64,000 nt of DNA from Patescibacteria group bacterium (GTDB taxonomy: Bacteria; Patescibacteriota; JABMPQ01; JAQVVF01), in contig JBAZSC010000003.1 of the NCBI GenBank assembly GCA_041662665.1, positions 143,115 through 207,114 of the forward strand. Reading direction: 5' to 3'. The translations under genes were made by a program, and so were the position numbers. The notes under the pieces were generated by a model that was given only the letters and a program-made list of their open reading frames with translations, made no database searches and was not told the origin of the DNA. Position 1 is the first letter of the stretch. Each line of letters starts with the position of its first letter. Below, piece by piece: positions 45,085 through 54,483 of the stretch.

Positions 45085-46977
45085 ATGAAGGATCAAAACA
45101 AACAAACAAAAAAGGAGAGAAAAGAAGTAAATGTTGATGTTCTGTCAACCATAGATGAATATTTAGGAAAGATGGATTGGCGAGTTTCAGCAAATGCAAA
45201 CCAAGGCTATTCTTTAGGCGGTATGATTTTGAATACTGCTGGAAAAGTAGTAGCTAATTATTGGTTGCACAAAATTTATCCAAAGGAAGTTGGAGAAGCG
45301 CATATCCATGGTGATTATCATATTCATGATTTGGATATGTTTTCAGGCTATTGCGCTGGTTGGAGCATTAGGCAACTTCTTGAAGAAGGATTTAATGGTG
45401 TTTCTGGTAAGGTTGAATCTGGTCCAGCAAAACATTTAGAAACAGCTTTGGGTCAAATGGTAAATTTTTTAGGAACATTACAAAATGAATGGGCAGGCGC
45501 TCAAGCATTTTCATCTTTTGACACATATTTAGCGCCATTTGTTAAAGTTGATAAATTAAGTTATGAAAGAGTTTTTCAATGCATTCAGCAATTTGTTTTT
45601 AATTTAAATGTTCCATCAAGATGGGGAACACAGACGCCATTTACAAATGTTACTTTAGATTGGGTTTGTCCAGAAGATATGAAAGATCGAAAACCAGTAA
45701 TTGGTGGAAAAGTCGTTGATTTTACTTATGGAGATTGCCAAAAAGAAATGGATTTAGTCAATAAAGCTTTTATTGAAACAATGATTACTGGAGATAATAA
45801 AAGCAGAATTTTTACTTTTCCAATTCCAACTTATAATATTACAAAAGATTTTGATTGGGAAAATGAAAATGTAAAATTATTATTTGAAATGACTGCTAAA
45901 TATGGCACTCCTTATTTTCAAAATTTTTTGAATTCAAGTTTAAAACCATCTGATGTCAGAAGCATGTGCTGTAGATTGCAATTAGATTTGCGTGAATTGA
46001 AAGCAAAAGGCGGAGGTTTGTTTGGTTCAGCAGAAATGACTGGCAGTATTGGTGTTGTAACTATTAATTTGGCAAGAATTGGTTATCTAGCTAAAACAAA
46101 AGAAGAATTTTTACAACGATTAGCAAGATTAATGGATCTTGCAAAGACTTCTTTAGATATGAAAAGAAAAGTAATTGAGGAAAACATGGAAAAAGGATTG
46201 TTGCCATATACAAAACGCTATCTTGGATCTTTGCATAATCATTTTTCAACAATTGGCATTAACGGATCTAATGAAGCCTGTTTGAATTTTTTAAAAAAAG
46301 ATATTTCTCATCCAGAAGCGAAGAAATTCATTGTTGAAGTTTTGGATTTTATGAGAAAAAAATTAGCTGACTATCAAGAAGAGACAAACAATTTTTATAA
46401 TTTGGAGGCAACTCCGGCAGAAGGAACGACTTATAGGTTTGCAAAAGAAGATCAGAAAAGATATCCAGATATTATTCAAGCTGGAACAAAAGATGCGCCA
46501 TATTATACAAACTCAACTCATTTGCCAGTTGGTTATACTGATAATCCAATGGAAGCTTTGGATCATCAAGATGATTTGCAGACTAAATATACAGGCGGAA
46601 CAGTATTGCATTTATTTTTGGGCGAAAGGATTATGAATTGGAAAGTTTGTCGAGATTTAGTAAAAAGAGTAGCTGAAAATTACAGATTGCCATATTTTAC
46701 GATGACTCCGACATTTAGCATTTGTCCAACGCATGGCTATTTGAATGGCGAGCAAAAGAATTGCCCAATTTGTGAAAAAGAATGCGAAGTTTGGTCAAGA
46801 GTAATGGGATATTTTAGACCTGTTTCACAATGGAATAAAGGCAAGCAAAGTGAATATAAAGAACGCAAAGAATATGAAATTAAGAATTTAAAATATGAAA
46901 ATAGCAGGATTTCAGAAATTAAGCCTATTGGAATATCCAGACCGGATTTGCGCAATAGTGTTTCTGCAAGGATGTAA
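45085..46977 (+). CDS. nrdD: Anaerobic ribonucleoside-triphosphate reductase (class III)
   Basis: C-terminal Zn/Gly-radical region CPTHGYLNGEQKNCPICEK...RVMGYFRPVSQWNKGKQSE and a central RNR fold. Confidence 0.9.
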   Translation: MKDQNKQTKKERKEVNVDVLSTIDEYLGKMDWRVSANANQGYSLGGMILNTAGKVVANYWLHKIYPKEVGEAHIHGDYHIHDLDMFSGYCAGWSIRQLLEEGFNGVSGKVESGPAKHLETALGQMVNFLGTLQNEWAGAQAFSSFDTYLAPFVKVDKLSYERVFQCIQQFVFNLNVPSRWGTQTPFTNVTLDWVCPEDMKDRKPVIGGKVVDFTYGDCQKEMDLVNKAFIETMITGDNKSRIFTFPIPTYNITKDFDWENENVKLLFEMTAKYGTPYFQNFLNSSLKPSDVRSMCCRLQLDLRELKAKGGGLFGSAEMTGSIGVVTINLARIGYLAKTKEEFLQRLARLMDLAKTSLDMKRKVIEENMEKGLLPYTKRYLGSLHNHFSTIGINGSNEACLNFLKKDISHPEAKKFIVEVLDFMRKKLADYQEETNNFYNLEATPAEGTTYRFAKEDQKRYPDIIQAGTKDAPYYTNSTHLPVGYTDNPMEALDHQDDLQTKYTGGTVLHLFLGERIMNWKVCRDLVKRVAENYRLPYFTMTPTFSICPTHGYLNGEQKNCPICEKECEVWSRVMGYFRPVSQWNKGKQSEYKERKEYEIKNLKYENSRISEIKPIGISRPDLRNSVSARM

Positions 46978-47617
46978 TTTTAAGTGTCCTTTTTGCCATA
47001 ATCCAGAATTGGTATATAACGATCCGCCTACGTCCTGCGGGACTTTGGCGGACAAAGTAACCGAGGAAGAGGTCTTCGGTTATTTGGTTAAGAAGAAAAA
47101 AATGCTAGATGGAGTTTGTATCACAGGAGGCGAGCCAACTTTGCATGCTGATTTGATTGATTTTATTGTAAAGCTTAAAAAGATTGGATATTTGGTTAAG
47201 CTGGATACAAATGGATCAAACCCTAAAATGTTGAAAGAACTTTTTGACAAAAAATTACTTGATTATGTGGCTATGGATTTAAAAGCACCATTTGAAAGAT
47301 ATTCGGAAATTGTGGGTTTAGGGCATAGGGCACAGGGCTTGGGTATTATTGAAAATTGTAAAAAGTCTTTTAAATTAATCCAGGAATCTTCCGTTGATCA
47401 TGAATTTAGGACGACTGTTTTTCCGCAAGAACATATAGAAAATGATTTTATGAAAATGGCAGGATATCTGAAAAAAGGCGAGAAATATTATTTGCAAAAT
47501 ATTAGATACATTAAAAATTTAGATCAAAATTTGGATCAAAGTAAAAAAATAGATATTGCTATGCTTTTGAATAAATTAAAGAGTAAATTTCCTGATATTT
47601 GTGTTGAAGAAAGATAA
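46895..47617 (+). CDS. nrdG: Anaerobic ribonucleotide reductase activating protein (radical SAM) with an in-frame palindromic-element insertion
   Basis: GCNFKCPFCHNPEL, then the insertion-encoded DPPTSCGTLADK, then ITGGEPTL. Overlaps the nrdD 3' end by 83 nt. Confidence 0.8.
   Translation: MKIAGFQKLSLLEYPDRICAIVFLQGCNFKCPFCHNPELVYNDPPTSCGTLADKVTEEEVFGYLVKKKKMLDGVCITGGEPTLHADLIDFIVKLKKIGYLVKLDTNGSNPKMLKELFDKKLLDYVAMDLKAPFERYSEIVGLGHRAQGLGIIENCKKSFKLIQESSVDHEFRTTVFPQEHIENDFMKMAGYLKKGEKYYLQNIRYIKNLDQNLDQSKKIDIAMLLNKLKSKFPDICVEER
47011..47046. repeat. Palindromic element copy 8, in-frame inside nrdG
   Basis: atccgcctacgtcctgcgggactttggcggacaaag, which encodes DPPTSCGTLADK. Confidence 0.8.
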
Positions 47618-47625
47618 TATTCGGA

Positions 47626-47660
47626 TATTAGGATATTCGGAAATTAAAAAAATTGAATAT
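47626..47660. repeat. ATATTCGGATATTA tandem motif (locus 3 of 3), after nrdG
   Basis: aatattcggatattaggatattcggaaattaaaaaaatt. Confidence 0.65.
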
Positions 47661-47831
47661 TAAATACAGAGTTTACACTTTGTATTTTTTTTGTTAAAAT
47701 AAACATATTGTTGAATTGTTAGATTGTTAAATTGTTAAGATTTGAATACGATTAGCAATTAAATAATTTAGTACTTGAACAATTTTGGTCATAAAAAAAC
47801 GCTTTAATAGCGTTTGAGTAAAAAGAGCAGA

Positions 47832-48326
47832 TTAGAGGAACTTTCGGCAATATTCTGTTGCTTTGGCGCAGGGAGTTTCAGTAAGAAAAAAGATGATATC
47901 ATGATCATGTTGCATTCCTAGCATTTTTAGATTTGCTTGATGTGAAATATCTGGATTACTTGATTCATGCAAAGAATTGAGATCTTGAATGATCTTAGGA
48001 ATGGTATTTTGTCGCATTCTTTCGTTGGTTGCGCAAACAAATTCACGTTGTACTTGAAACCAATCGCGAGATTCTTCGGTATTTTTCCACATTCCGGTAT
48101 ATTGACTCATCAATCCAAGAGATTGCCTTGCCAGTTTGAGATCCTCTCTGACTTTTTCTATTTTTTCATCGATTTTTCCAAGTTCCATTAGCTGAAGACA
48201 GATTTTATCACCATTGCAAATTGCAATATCGACTTCATCGGCTCGAGCTTTGGTAATGAATGTAGAAAGCAAGAAAACGACACAGAGAATAATCACAGTT
48301 CCAATCGTCTCTTTTGCCCTTCTCAC
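47832..48326 (-). CDS. Secreted protein, possibly DUF1311/LprI-like
   Basis: GGAGGG Shine-Dalgarno 4 nt before GTG 48326. Signal peptide RRAKETIGTVIILCVVFLLSTFITKARA. GC-richer than neighbours. The track ORF starts at an upstream TTG. Confidence 0.45.
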   Translation of the reverse strand: MRRAKETIGTVIILCVVFLLSTFITKARADEVDIAICNGDKICLQLMELGKIDEKIEKVREDLKLARQSLGLMSQYTGMWKNTEESRDWFQVQREFVCATNERMRQNTIPKIIQDLNSLHESSNPDISHQANLKMLGMQHDHDIIFFLTETPCAKATEYCRKFL

Positions 48327-48411
48327 TTTTCCCTCCGTTTTGTCCCTTTCTTGGGACTTCAAGGAACCAGATTGATTATAAGCACAAGATTATATTTTTG
48401 TCAACTGAAAA

Positions 48412-49761
48412 TTGTTAATTAAAACTCATATGATATCACAAATTCTTAACTTACGAATACGCACAAATGCCTTATGGCCACAAATTTCACGAATTTTTGT
48501 ATTAATGTTTTTTGTATTGAGTATTTGTTTGCCTAATTTTGGCTTTGCAAAAGCAAAAGATTGGGGGATTATTTATAATTTGACTGGTTCTGAGCTTACA
48601 TTATCTCAACAAATCTTTAATAAATCGCAGAGACTGCAAATTAAAATACCGGCAAACTTGATTGATGAAGAACAGATTGATGTTAAATTTAAGAAATTAG
48701 ATAAAGCAGATTATAAAATACCAGAAGGATATAAGGCAATAAGCAATATTTATCGTTATGAAATTGCTAATGTTTCTGATAATTTTGTTTTATTAGGAAA
48801 GATAAAATTGTTGTTAAAGCATAATTCTAATACTTTTAATCAAAAAGGATTTTTTTATTGGGATGAAGACGAAAAATTGTGGAAAGAATTAAAAAGTAGA
48901 ATTGATGAAAATAAGAATTTGGCGATTGCAAAGACAGATATTGAATCTCTTGATGTTGTTGTTTTAGAAAAAATTTCTAAATTAGGAATTGTTGAGCCAA
49001 ATAAAAAAGCTGGTGTTTCTAATCCAGATTTATATTCAATTGGAGCTGTTTTGATGGATGTAAAATCTGGTAAAGTTATGTATTGCAAAGACTGTGATCG
49101 AAAATTGACTTTAGCTTCAATGACAAAGATAATGACGGCAAATGTTGTTCTAGAATCTGGAGTTGATTTGAATAAAATATATACATATCAACCTTGGGAT
49201 AATGCAGAAGGACAAAGTGTGTGGTTAACTTCTGGCGATAAAATAAGAATAGAAGATTTGCTTTATACTTCTTTGGTTAAATCAGCGAATAACGCAACAA
49301 GAGCGTTGGCTCATTCAACAGGAATGAGTGATTCTGAATTTGCTGCAAAGATGAATGAAAAAGCAAAAAAAGTGGGAGCAGATTCTTGTTCTTTCTATGA
49401 TCCAACAGGTTTGGATTGGCGTAATGCATGTACTCCCAAAGATTATGTTAAAGTTGCAATTGATGCATTGAAAAAATTTAAAATTATGCAAGCTTCTACA
49501 ACAAAAGCATATTCTTATCAAACTTTGGGAGGAAAGACAATCAGTGTTACGAATACAAATGTTTTATTGAATACAAATTTGTATATTTTGGGTGGAAAAA
49601 CAGGTTATCTGCCAGAAATTGGAATGAATCTGATGACAAAAGCACGTGATAAAGCTGGGCATGAAATTATTAGTGTTGCCATAGGTTCTTCTTCGTATTA
49701 TGGTGTAACAAATGATGTTGAAACTTTGTTGAGATGGGGATTTGCTAATTGGACGTGGTAA
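48412..49761 (+). CDS. dacA: Serine-type D-Ala-D-Ala carboxypeptidase (PBP5/S11 family) with an N-terminal extension
   Basis: SxxK = SMTK, SxN = SAN (LVKSANNAT), KTG = GGKTGYL. Confidence 0.75.
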   Translation: MLIKTHMISQILNLRIRTNALWPQISRIFVLMFFVLSICLPNFGFAKAKDWGIIYNLTGSELTLSQQIFNKSQRLQIKIPANLIDEEQIDVKFKKLDKADYKIPEGYKAISNIYRYEIANVSDNFVLLGKIKLLLKHNSNTFNQKGFFYWDEDEKLWKELKSRIDENKNLAIAKTDIESLDVVVLEKISKLGIVEPNKKAGVSNPDLYSIGAVLMDVKSGKVMYCKDCDRKLTLASMTKIMTANVVLESGVDLNKIYTYQPWDNAEGQSVWLTSGDKIRIEDLLYTSLVKSANNATRALAHSTGMSDSEFAAKMNEKAKKVGADSCSFYDPTGLDWRNACTPKDYVKVAIDALKKFKIMQASTTKAYSYQTLGGKTISVTNTNVLLNTNLYILGGKTGYLPEIGMNLMTKARDKAGHEIISVAIGSSSYYGVTNDVETLLRWGFANWTW

Positions 49762-49841
49762 AACCACAAATCTAACACAAATTTATAACAGATTTAACAC
49801 AGATACACAGATAATATTTTTTGTGATATAATAAAAATGAT

Positions 49842-49945
49842 AAAAAAGTTAGACTTGTTAGATTGGTTAGACTTGTTACTATCTGACCAGTCTAATTAGT
49901 TTAACTAGTCTAACTAGTTTAACCAATCTAACAAATTTAACAAAC
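49842..49945. repeat. Long imperfect inverted repeat (TTAGACTTGTTAGATTGGTTAGAC / GTCTAACTAGTTTAACCAATCTAACA) upstream of the BON-domain gene
   Basis: The arms share ttagattggtta and its complement taaccaatctaa, centred near 49876. Confidence 0.45.
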
Positions 49946-49949
49946 TAAT

Positions 49950-50183
49950 ATGCCAGAACTAAATAACAGATCAGACAAAGATATTTATCAAGATATAGAA
50001 AAAATGTTTCTTGAAGAAGAAGATATATTGACAGATAATGTTAACGTTGAAGTTAATTCTGGAAAAGTAACTTTGTCAGGATCTGTTGAAACTTTGGAAG
50101 AAAAACAAGATTTAGAAGATGCGATTTCTGATGTTGCAGGTGTTGCACTAATTACCAATGATCTACAGATAGAAAAAATATAA
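49950..50183 (+). CDS. BON-domain protein
   Basis: VNVEVNSGKVTLSGSVETLEEKQDLEDAISDVAGVALITNDLQIE. Confidence 0.6.
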   Translation: MPELNNRSDKDIYQDIEKMFLEEEDILTDNVNVEVNSGKVTLSGSVETLEEKQDLEDAISDVAGVALITNDLQIEKI

Positions 50184-50216
50184 CATAATACGAATTTATT
50201 TCGTTTTAAAACAAAA

Positions 50217-50591
50217 ATGCAAATTTTTTTGGATTATATTGAATGGTGGTATTCTTATGGTCTAATTAGAATGCTTAAATATCTAAAAGCATTTATTTTG
50301 GTTTTGGTTGATACTTTTTCTGTAAAGATCTGTCTTGCAACTTTGTTTGCGCCATGGAAACGAGATATTTTTTCAACTGAAGGAATGAGTTTACAGGAAA
50401 GATTTGGTGTTTGGGGGAGCAATATGATTGCTAGAATGTTCGGATTTGTTATCAAATCTATAACTTTATTAATTTTTTTGATTTGTTTTGCTGTGCTGAT
50501 TTGTTTTGAATTTGCGATCATGATTATCTGGTTATTATTACCATTCTTGTTAGTTGAAGCGATTGTTTTTGGAGTTTTGTATTTACGTTAA
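50217..50591 (+). CDS. Small membrane protein (hypothetical)
   Basis: 124 aa with 3 hydrophobic helices. Confidence 0.5.
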   Translation: MQIFLDYIEWWYSYGLIRMLKYLKAFILVLVDTFSVKICLATLFAPWKRDIFSTEGMSLQERFGVWGSNMIARMFGFVIKSITLLIFLICFAVLICFEFAIMIIWLLLPFLLVEAIVFGVLYLR

Positions 50592-50729
50592 TTTTCAATT
50601 TCTAATTTTTAATTTTTATTAAATTATTAATGAACTAATTTTCAAACACTCCGTCAAGTATTTCGTTAGGTTTAGAAATTAGAATATTAAGAATTTAATA
50701 GAAATTGAAAATTAGAAATTAGTTTATTT

Positions 50730-53297
50730 ATGATTGTATTCAATACTGGAAAATCTAAAATATTTCGTTATGCAGGATTAGTTAGATTCTTGCGTGTTTT
50801 TATTTTTAAAATTTTATCATTTTTTGTTTATCTATTAGGCATTGCTTCTTTAGCTTTTGTAATTTTATATAATTTTTCGAGTTTGTATAATCTGAATTTT
50901 AATAGCAGAATGTTGGGATTAGCATTGATTATTTTCGCTATTTCTTTATTATATTTATCTTTTCATATTTTTTATGAATCTGGAGTAAAAAATGTTAAGC
51001 CATTAATTCCTTTAAAAGGTGCTTTAGATATTGCAAAGAGCGATGGAAATATTAATATGGCTGATTTTGTTTCTATTAATTTGGCAATTGCAATTTCTAA
51101 TACATTAAGCAAAAGCAAAGACAAAAAGAATGCAATGATTAATTCTTCTGATTTGCTTTTAGAGCTTTTGAAAGTAAAATCGATAAAATTTATTGTTAAT
51201 AGGATTGGTCTAAGCGTTTTAGAACTAGAAAAAAATGTAGAAAAATATGCATCAACTGAATCTAAAGGATATCTTGATCTAAAAGAAGTTTTGAAAAAAG
51301 CTTTAGAAGTTGGATATCTAGAAGGTCATGAGATAATTAGTTGCGGAGACGTATTTGTCGTTTTGTCAGTATTTGATCCTTTAATGAAAAAGATTTTGTT
51401 TGAATTAAATTTGAAAACAGAAGATATAGCAAATATTGTTTATTGGGAAACAGCTTTTTATAAATTCAGAAAAGAAAAAAACTTTGATCCAGACAATGTG
51501 AAAAGAAGAGGAGGAATTGGAAGAGAATGGGCATATGGATATACTAGAGCTTTAAGAACTTTTGGTCATGATGTAACTGATGAAATATTAAGAGGCGCAT
51601 TGCCATTTCATATTATTGGGCATGAAAAAAATATTAATCAAATAGAAGAAGTCTTAGTTCGAGCAACTCATCATAATGTTATTTTGGTTGGTCAGCCTGG
51701 TGTTGGAAAAAGAACAGTTGTTTTGGGATTAGCAAAAAGAATGATGGAAGGAACGACTTATTCAAGCTTAGCGAATAAGAGATTAATTGAATTGGATGTT
51801 GATAGGTTATTAGCAGGTGCCGAGACTCCTGGTGAGATCATCGAAAGATTAGAAGCAGTTTTGTCTGATGCTGTTGTTGCTGGCAACATTGTTTTGTTTA
51901 TCGATAATATTCAAAAATTGTTTGGAAGCGGCGAGGGCAAAGTTGGAACAATTGATGCATCGCAAGTTTTAGTGCCATTTTTGGAGAATCCAAACTTATA
52001 TTTTGTTTCAACTGCAAATGCAGATGATTTTCACCAATACATTGAAACAAGATCTGCTGTTGCTGACAAATTTGAAATAATGGATATTGCTGAGCCAAAT
52101 GAAAATGTAACTTTAAGAATATTGGAAGATCTAGCTCCAAGATTAGAATCACAAGGCGGTGTTATTATGAGCTATCCAGCATTGAAATCAATTTATAAAT
52201 TAGCTGATCAATTTTTGTATTCAAAGCCTTTTCCTGAGAAAGCGATTGATTTATTGAATGAAGTGATTGTTTTTGGATCTGCTTTTGGTAGAGGAACGAT
52301 TGTTTTACCTAGACATGTCGAGACATTAATGAAGAAAAAAGTAAAAGCGCCAATTGGAGAAGTTACCGGATCCGAAAAGCAATTATTGTTGCATTTAGAA
52401 GAATTTTTACATAAACGAATAGTCGATCAAGAAGAGGCGATAAGAGTTGTTTCTGATGCTTTAAGAAGGGCAAGGTCAGGAGTTGAAGCAGGCAATAAGC
52501 CAGTTGGCAGTTTCTTGTTTTTGGGTCCAACTGGTGTTGGAAAAACAGAAACTACAAAAGCTCTTGCAGAAGCATATTTTGGTTCAGAAAAGACAATGAT
52601 TCGTTTTGATATGTCGGAATATCAAGATCTATCTGGTGTATATAGATTGATCGGTGCACCTCCTGGATCGCCTGATGCTAAGGCTGGAGGAGAATTGACA
52701 AATGCTGTAAAAGAAAATCCTTTTACCGTTGTATTGTTTGATGAAATTGAAAAAGCGCATAAGGATATTTTGAATTTATTTTTGCAAATGCTTGATGAAG
52801 GCTGGCTAACTGATTCTTTAGGTAGGAAAGTTAGATTTAATAATACTTTAATCATTGCAACTTCGAATGCTGGTGCTAATTTAATTCAAGAAGGAATAAA
52901 ACAGCATCTTGATCCAATTGTTTTGAAAGAAAGATTGATTGACTATTTGCAAGCAGAAGGCATATTTAGGCCAGAATTTTTGAATAGATTTACATCTGTA
53001 GTTTATTTCAAGCCATTAGAAAAAGAACACGTTTTACAAATTACGAAAATGTTGCTTGGCAAATTGGTAAAAAGATTAGAACAAGAAAAAGGAATATATT
53101 TGAGAGTTGAAGAGCCAGCAATTGAGCGCTTAGCAGAACTTGGTTTTGATCCTTTGATGGGTGCTAGACCGATTATGCGAACAATACAGAATTATGTTGA
53201 AAATATTTTAGCGAAAAAAATGTTGACTGGCGAAGTTAAACGAGGGAGTCAATATACAATTACATTGTCTGATATTGATAGTATAAAACAGCAATAA
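50730..53297 (+). CDS. Membrane-anchored Clp-family AAA+ ATPase (two nucleotide-binding domains, no long M-domain)
   Basis: Four N-terminal TM helices, a Clp-N-like repeat, D1 Walker A GQPGVGKRT, D2 GPTGVGKTE and sensor-2 GARPIMR. Confidence 0.8.
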   Translation: MIVFNTGKSKIFRYAGLVRFLRVFIFKILSFFVYLLGIASLAFVILYNFSSLYNLNFNSRMLGLALIIFAISLLYLSFHIFYESGVKNVKPLIPLKGALDIAKSDGNINMADFVSINLAIAISNTLSKSKDKKNAMINSSDLLLELLKVKSIKFIVNRIGLSVLELEKNVEKYASTESKGYLDLKEVLKKALEVGYLEGHEIISCGDVFVVLSVFDPLMKKILFELNLKTEDIANIVYWETAFYKFRKEKNFDPDNVKRRGGIGREWAYGYTRALRTFGHDVTDEILRGALPFHIIGHEKNINQIEEVLVRATHHNVILVGQPGVGKRTVVLGLAKRMMEGTTYSSLANKRLIELDVDRLLAGAETPGEIIERLEAVLSDAVVAGNIVLFIDNIQKLFGSGEGKVGTIDASQVLVPFLENPNLYFVSTANADDFHQYIETRSAVADKFEIMDIAEPNENVTLRILEDLAPRLESQGGVIMSYPALKSIYKLADQFLYSKPFPEKAIDLLNEVIVFGSAFGRGTIVLPRHVETLMKKKVKAPIGEVTGSEKQLLLHLEEFLHKRIVDQEEAIRVVSDALRRARSGVEAGNKPVGSFLFLGPTGVGKTETTKALAEAYFGSEKTMIRFDMSEYQDLSGVYRLIGAPPGSPDAKAGGELTNAVKENPFTVVLFDEIEKAHKDILNLFLQMLDEGWLTDSLGRKVRFNNTLIIATSNAGANLIQEGIKQHLDPIVLKERLIDYLQAEGIFRPEFLNRFTSVVYFKPLEKEHVLQITKMLLGKLVKRLEQEKGIYLRVEEPAIERLAELGFDPLMGARPIMRTIQNYVENILAKKMLTGEVKRGSQYTITLSDIDSIKQQ

Positions 53298-53304
53298 AAT
53301 ATTT

Positions 53305-53817
53305 ATGAATAGTATCTATGTATTGGAAGTTGGAACGGTTGATGATCTAGATTGGGAAAATTTGGCTTTGAATTTACAAAAAGTTTTTGATTTTAGTGTA
53401 AAAAAAATCGGGCCAATTGATGTGCCTGATTTTGCTTTTAATGCAGAAAAAAATCAATATGATGCAGAAAAAATTTTATTGGATCTGCAAAAAGTAGAAT
53501 TTGAAGATTTGGAAAAAATGATCGCTGTAACTAATAAAGATTTGTTTGCTTTGGAATATAATTATATTTTTGGACAAGGTGATTGTCCAGGCAGGCAAAG
53601 TATTGTGTCAGTATTTCGTTTGAAAGACAAAAATGAAAATTTATTTAACGAAAGAGTTTTAAAAGAAGCAATCCATGAATTAGGCCATAATTTTGGTTTG
53701 TCTCATTGCTTAAATATAAAATGCCCAATGCATTTTTCCATTAATATTGCTGATACTGACTTGAAGGAAATTACATTGTGCGAAAAATGTGGAAATTTGT
53801 TAAAGATGGTGAATTAA
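53305..53817 (+). CDS. Archaemetzincin-family zinc metallopeptidase
   Basis: HELGHNFGLSHCLNIKCPMHF...CEKCG matches the archaemetzincin signature HExxHxxGxxHC...CxxC. Confidence 0.75.
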   Translation: MNSIYVLEVGTVDDLDWENLALNLQKVFDFSVKKIGPIDVPDFAFNAEKNQYDAEKILLDLQKVEFEDLEKMIAVTNKDLFALEYNYIFGQGDCPGRQSIVSVFRLKDKNENLFNERVLKEAIHELGHNFGLSHCLNIKCPMHFSINIADTDLKEITLCEKCGNLLKMVN

Positions 53818-54014
53818 TGTGCAATTGCTAAAATTGTTAAATTGTTTTATATTAAAATTGAAAGTTAGAAAATATATATGGATAAGCAAACACAAAAAGA
53901 ATTCACAAATCTAAAAAAATTAATAAAGGATGGTTTTAAGATGCAGGATGATGGAATTGTTGAGAAATTAGATAAGTTTAAATTATCAATTGATGAAAAA
54001 ATGATAAATTAGCC

Positions 54015-54251
54015 TTGATGGTTAAAAAAGGATTTGATGATGTTGATAAAAGATTAGATGAGCATCAGAGAGAATTAGAAGGAATTAGTATTGAGCTTGG
54101 CAATCTTCGTTCGAAATTGACAAAGGTATGCAGTCAAGAAGAACATCTGAAGCTAATGGGAGAATTCAGAGTGTTAGAAAAACGTTTTAATGATTTAATA
54201 TTTTATTTTAATAAAAATATATGTCAAAAAAACGAACAAAAATTGAATTAA
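54015..54251 (+). CDS. Hypothetical small coiled-coil protein
   Basis: 78 aa ORF. No recognisable domain. Confidence 0.35.
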   Translation: MMVKKGFDDVDKRLDEHQRELEGISIELGNLRSKLTKVCSQEEHLKLMGEFRVLEKRFNDLIFYFNKNICQKNEQKLN

Positions 54252-54454
54252 TGAAATTTTATGGATATGTATGCCATTCAAATATGCTAAGAAAAGATTT
54301 TAATAAGTTGTTAAAAAAAGTGGAGCATGTTGAAAAGAGAATGGGTTTTGATATCTACCGGAATAATGGTTTTGTAACTGATGATGAGATGTTAGGTTTG
54401 AAACAAAGAATTAAAGAGTTGGAGGCTGTAGTAGACTATTCTCATATATCTTAG
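54221..54454 (+). CDS. Hypothetical small protein
   Basis: 77 aa ORF overlapping the previous one by 31 nt. No recognisable domain. Confidence 0.35.
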   Translation: MSKKRTKIELMKFYGYVCHSNMLRKDFNKLLKKVEHVEKRMGFDIYRNNGFVTDDEMLGLKQRIKELEAVVDYSHIS

Positions 54455-54483
54455 TTGTTAATGCTTTGATAAATACTGGTATT

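Noticed and set aside
46895-46977. Possibility that the nrdD/nrdG overlap reflects a frameshift that fuses the two genes
   Set aside because: Both proteins are complete in their own frames with all motifs. The overlap is more simply an extended nrdD tail or a lost stop codon.
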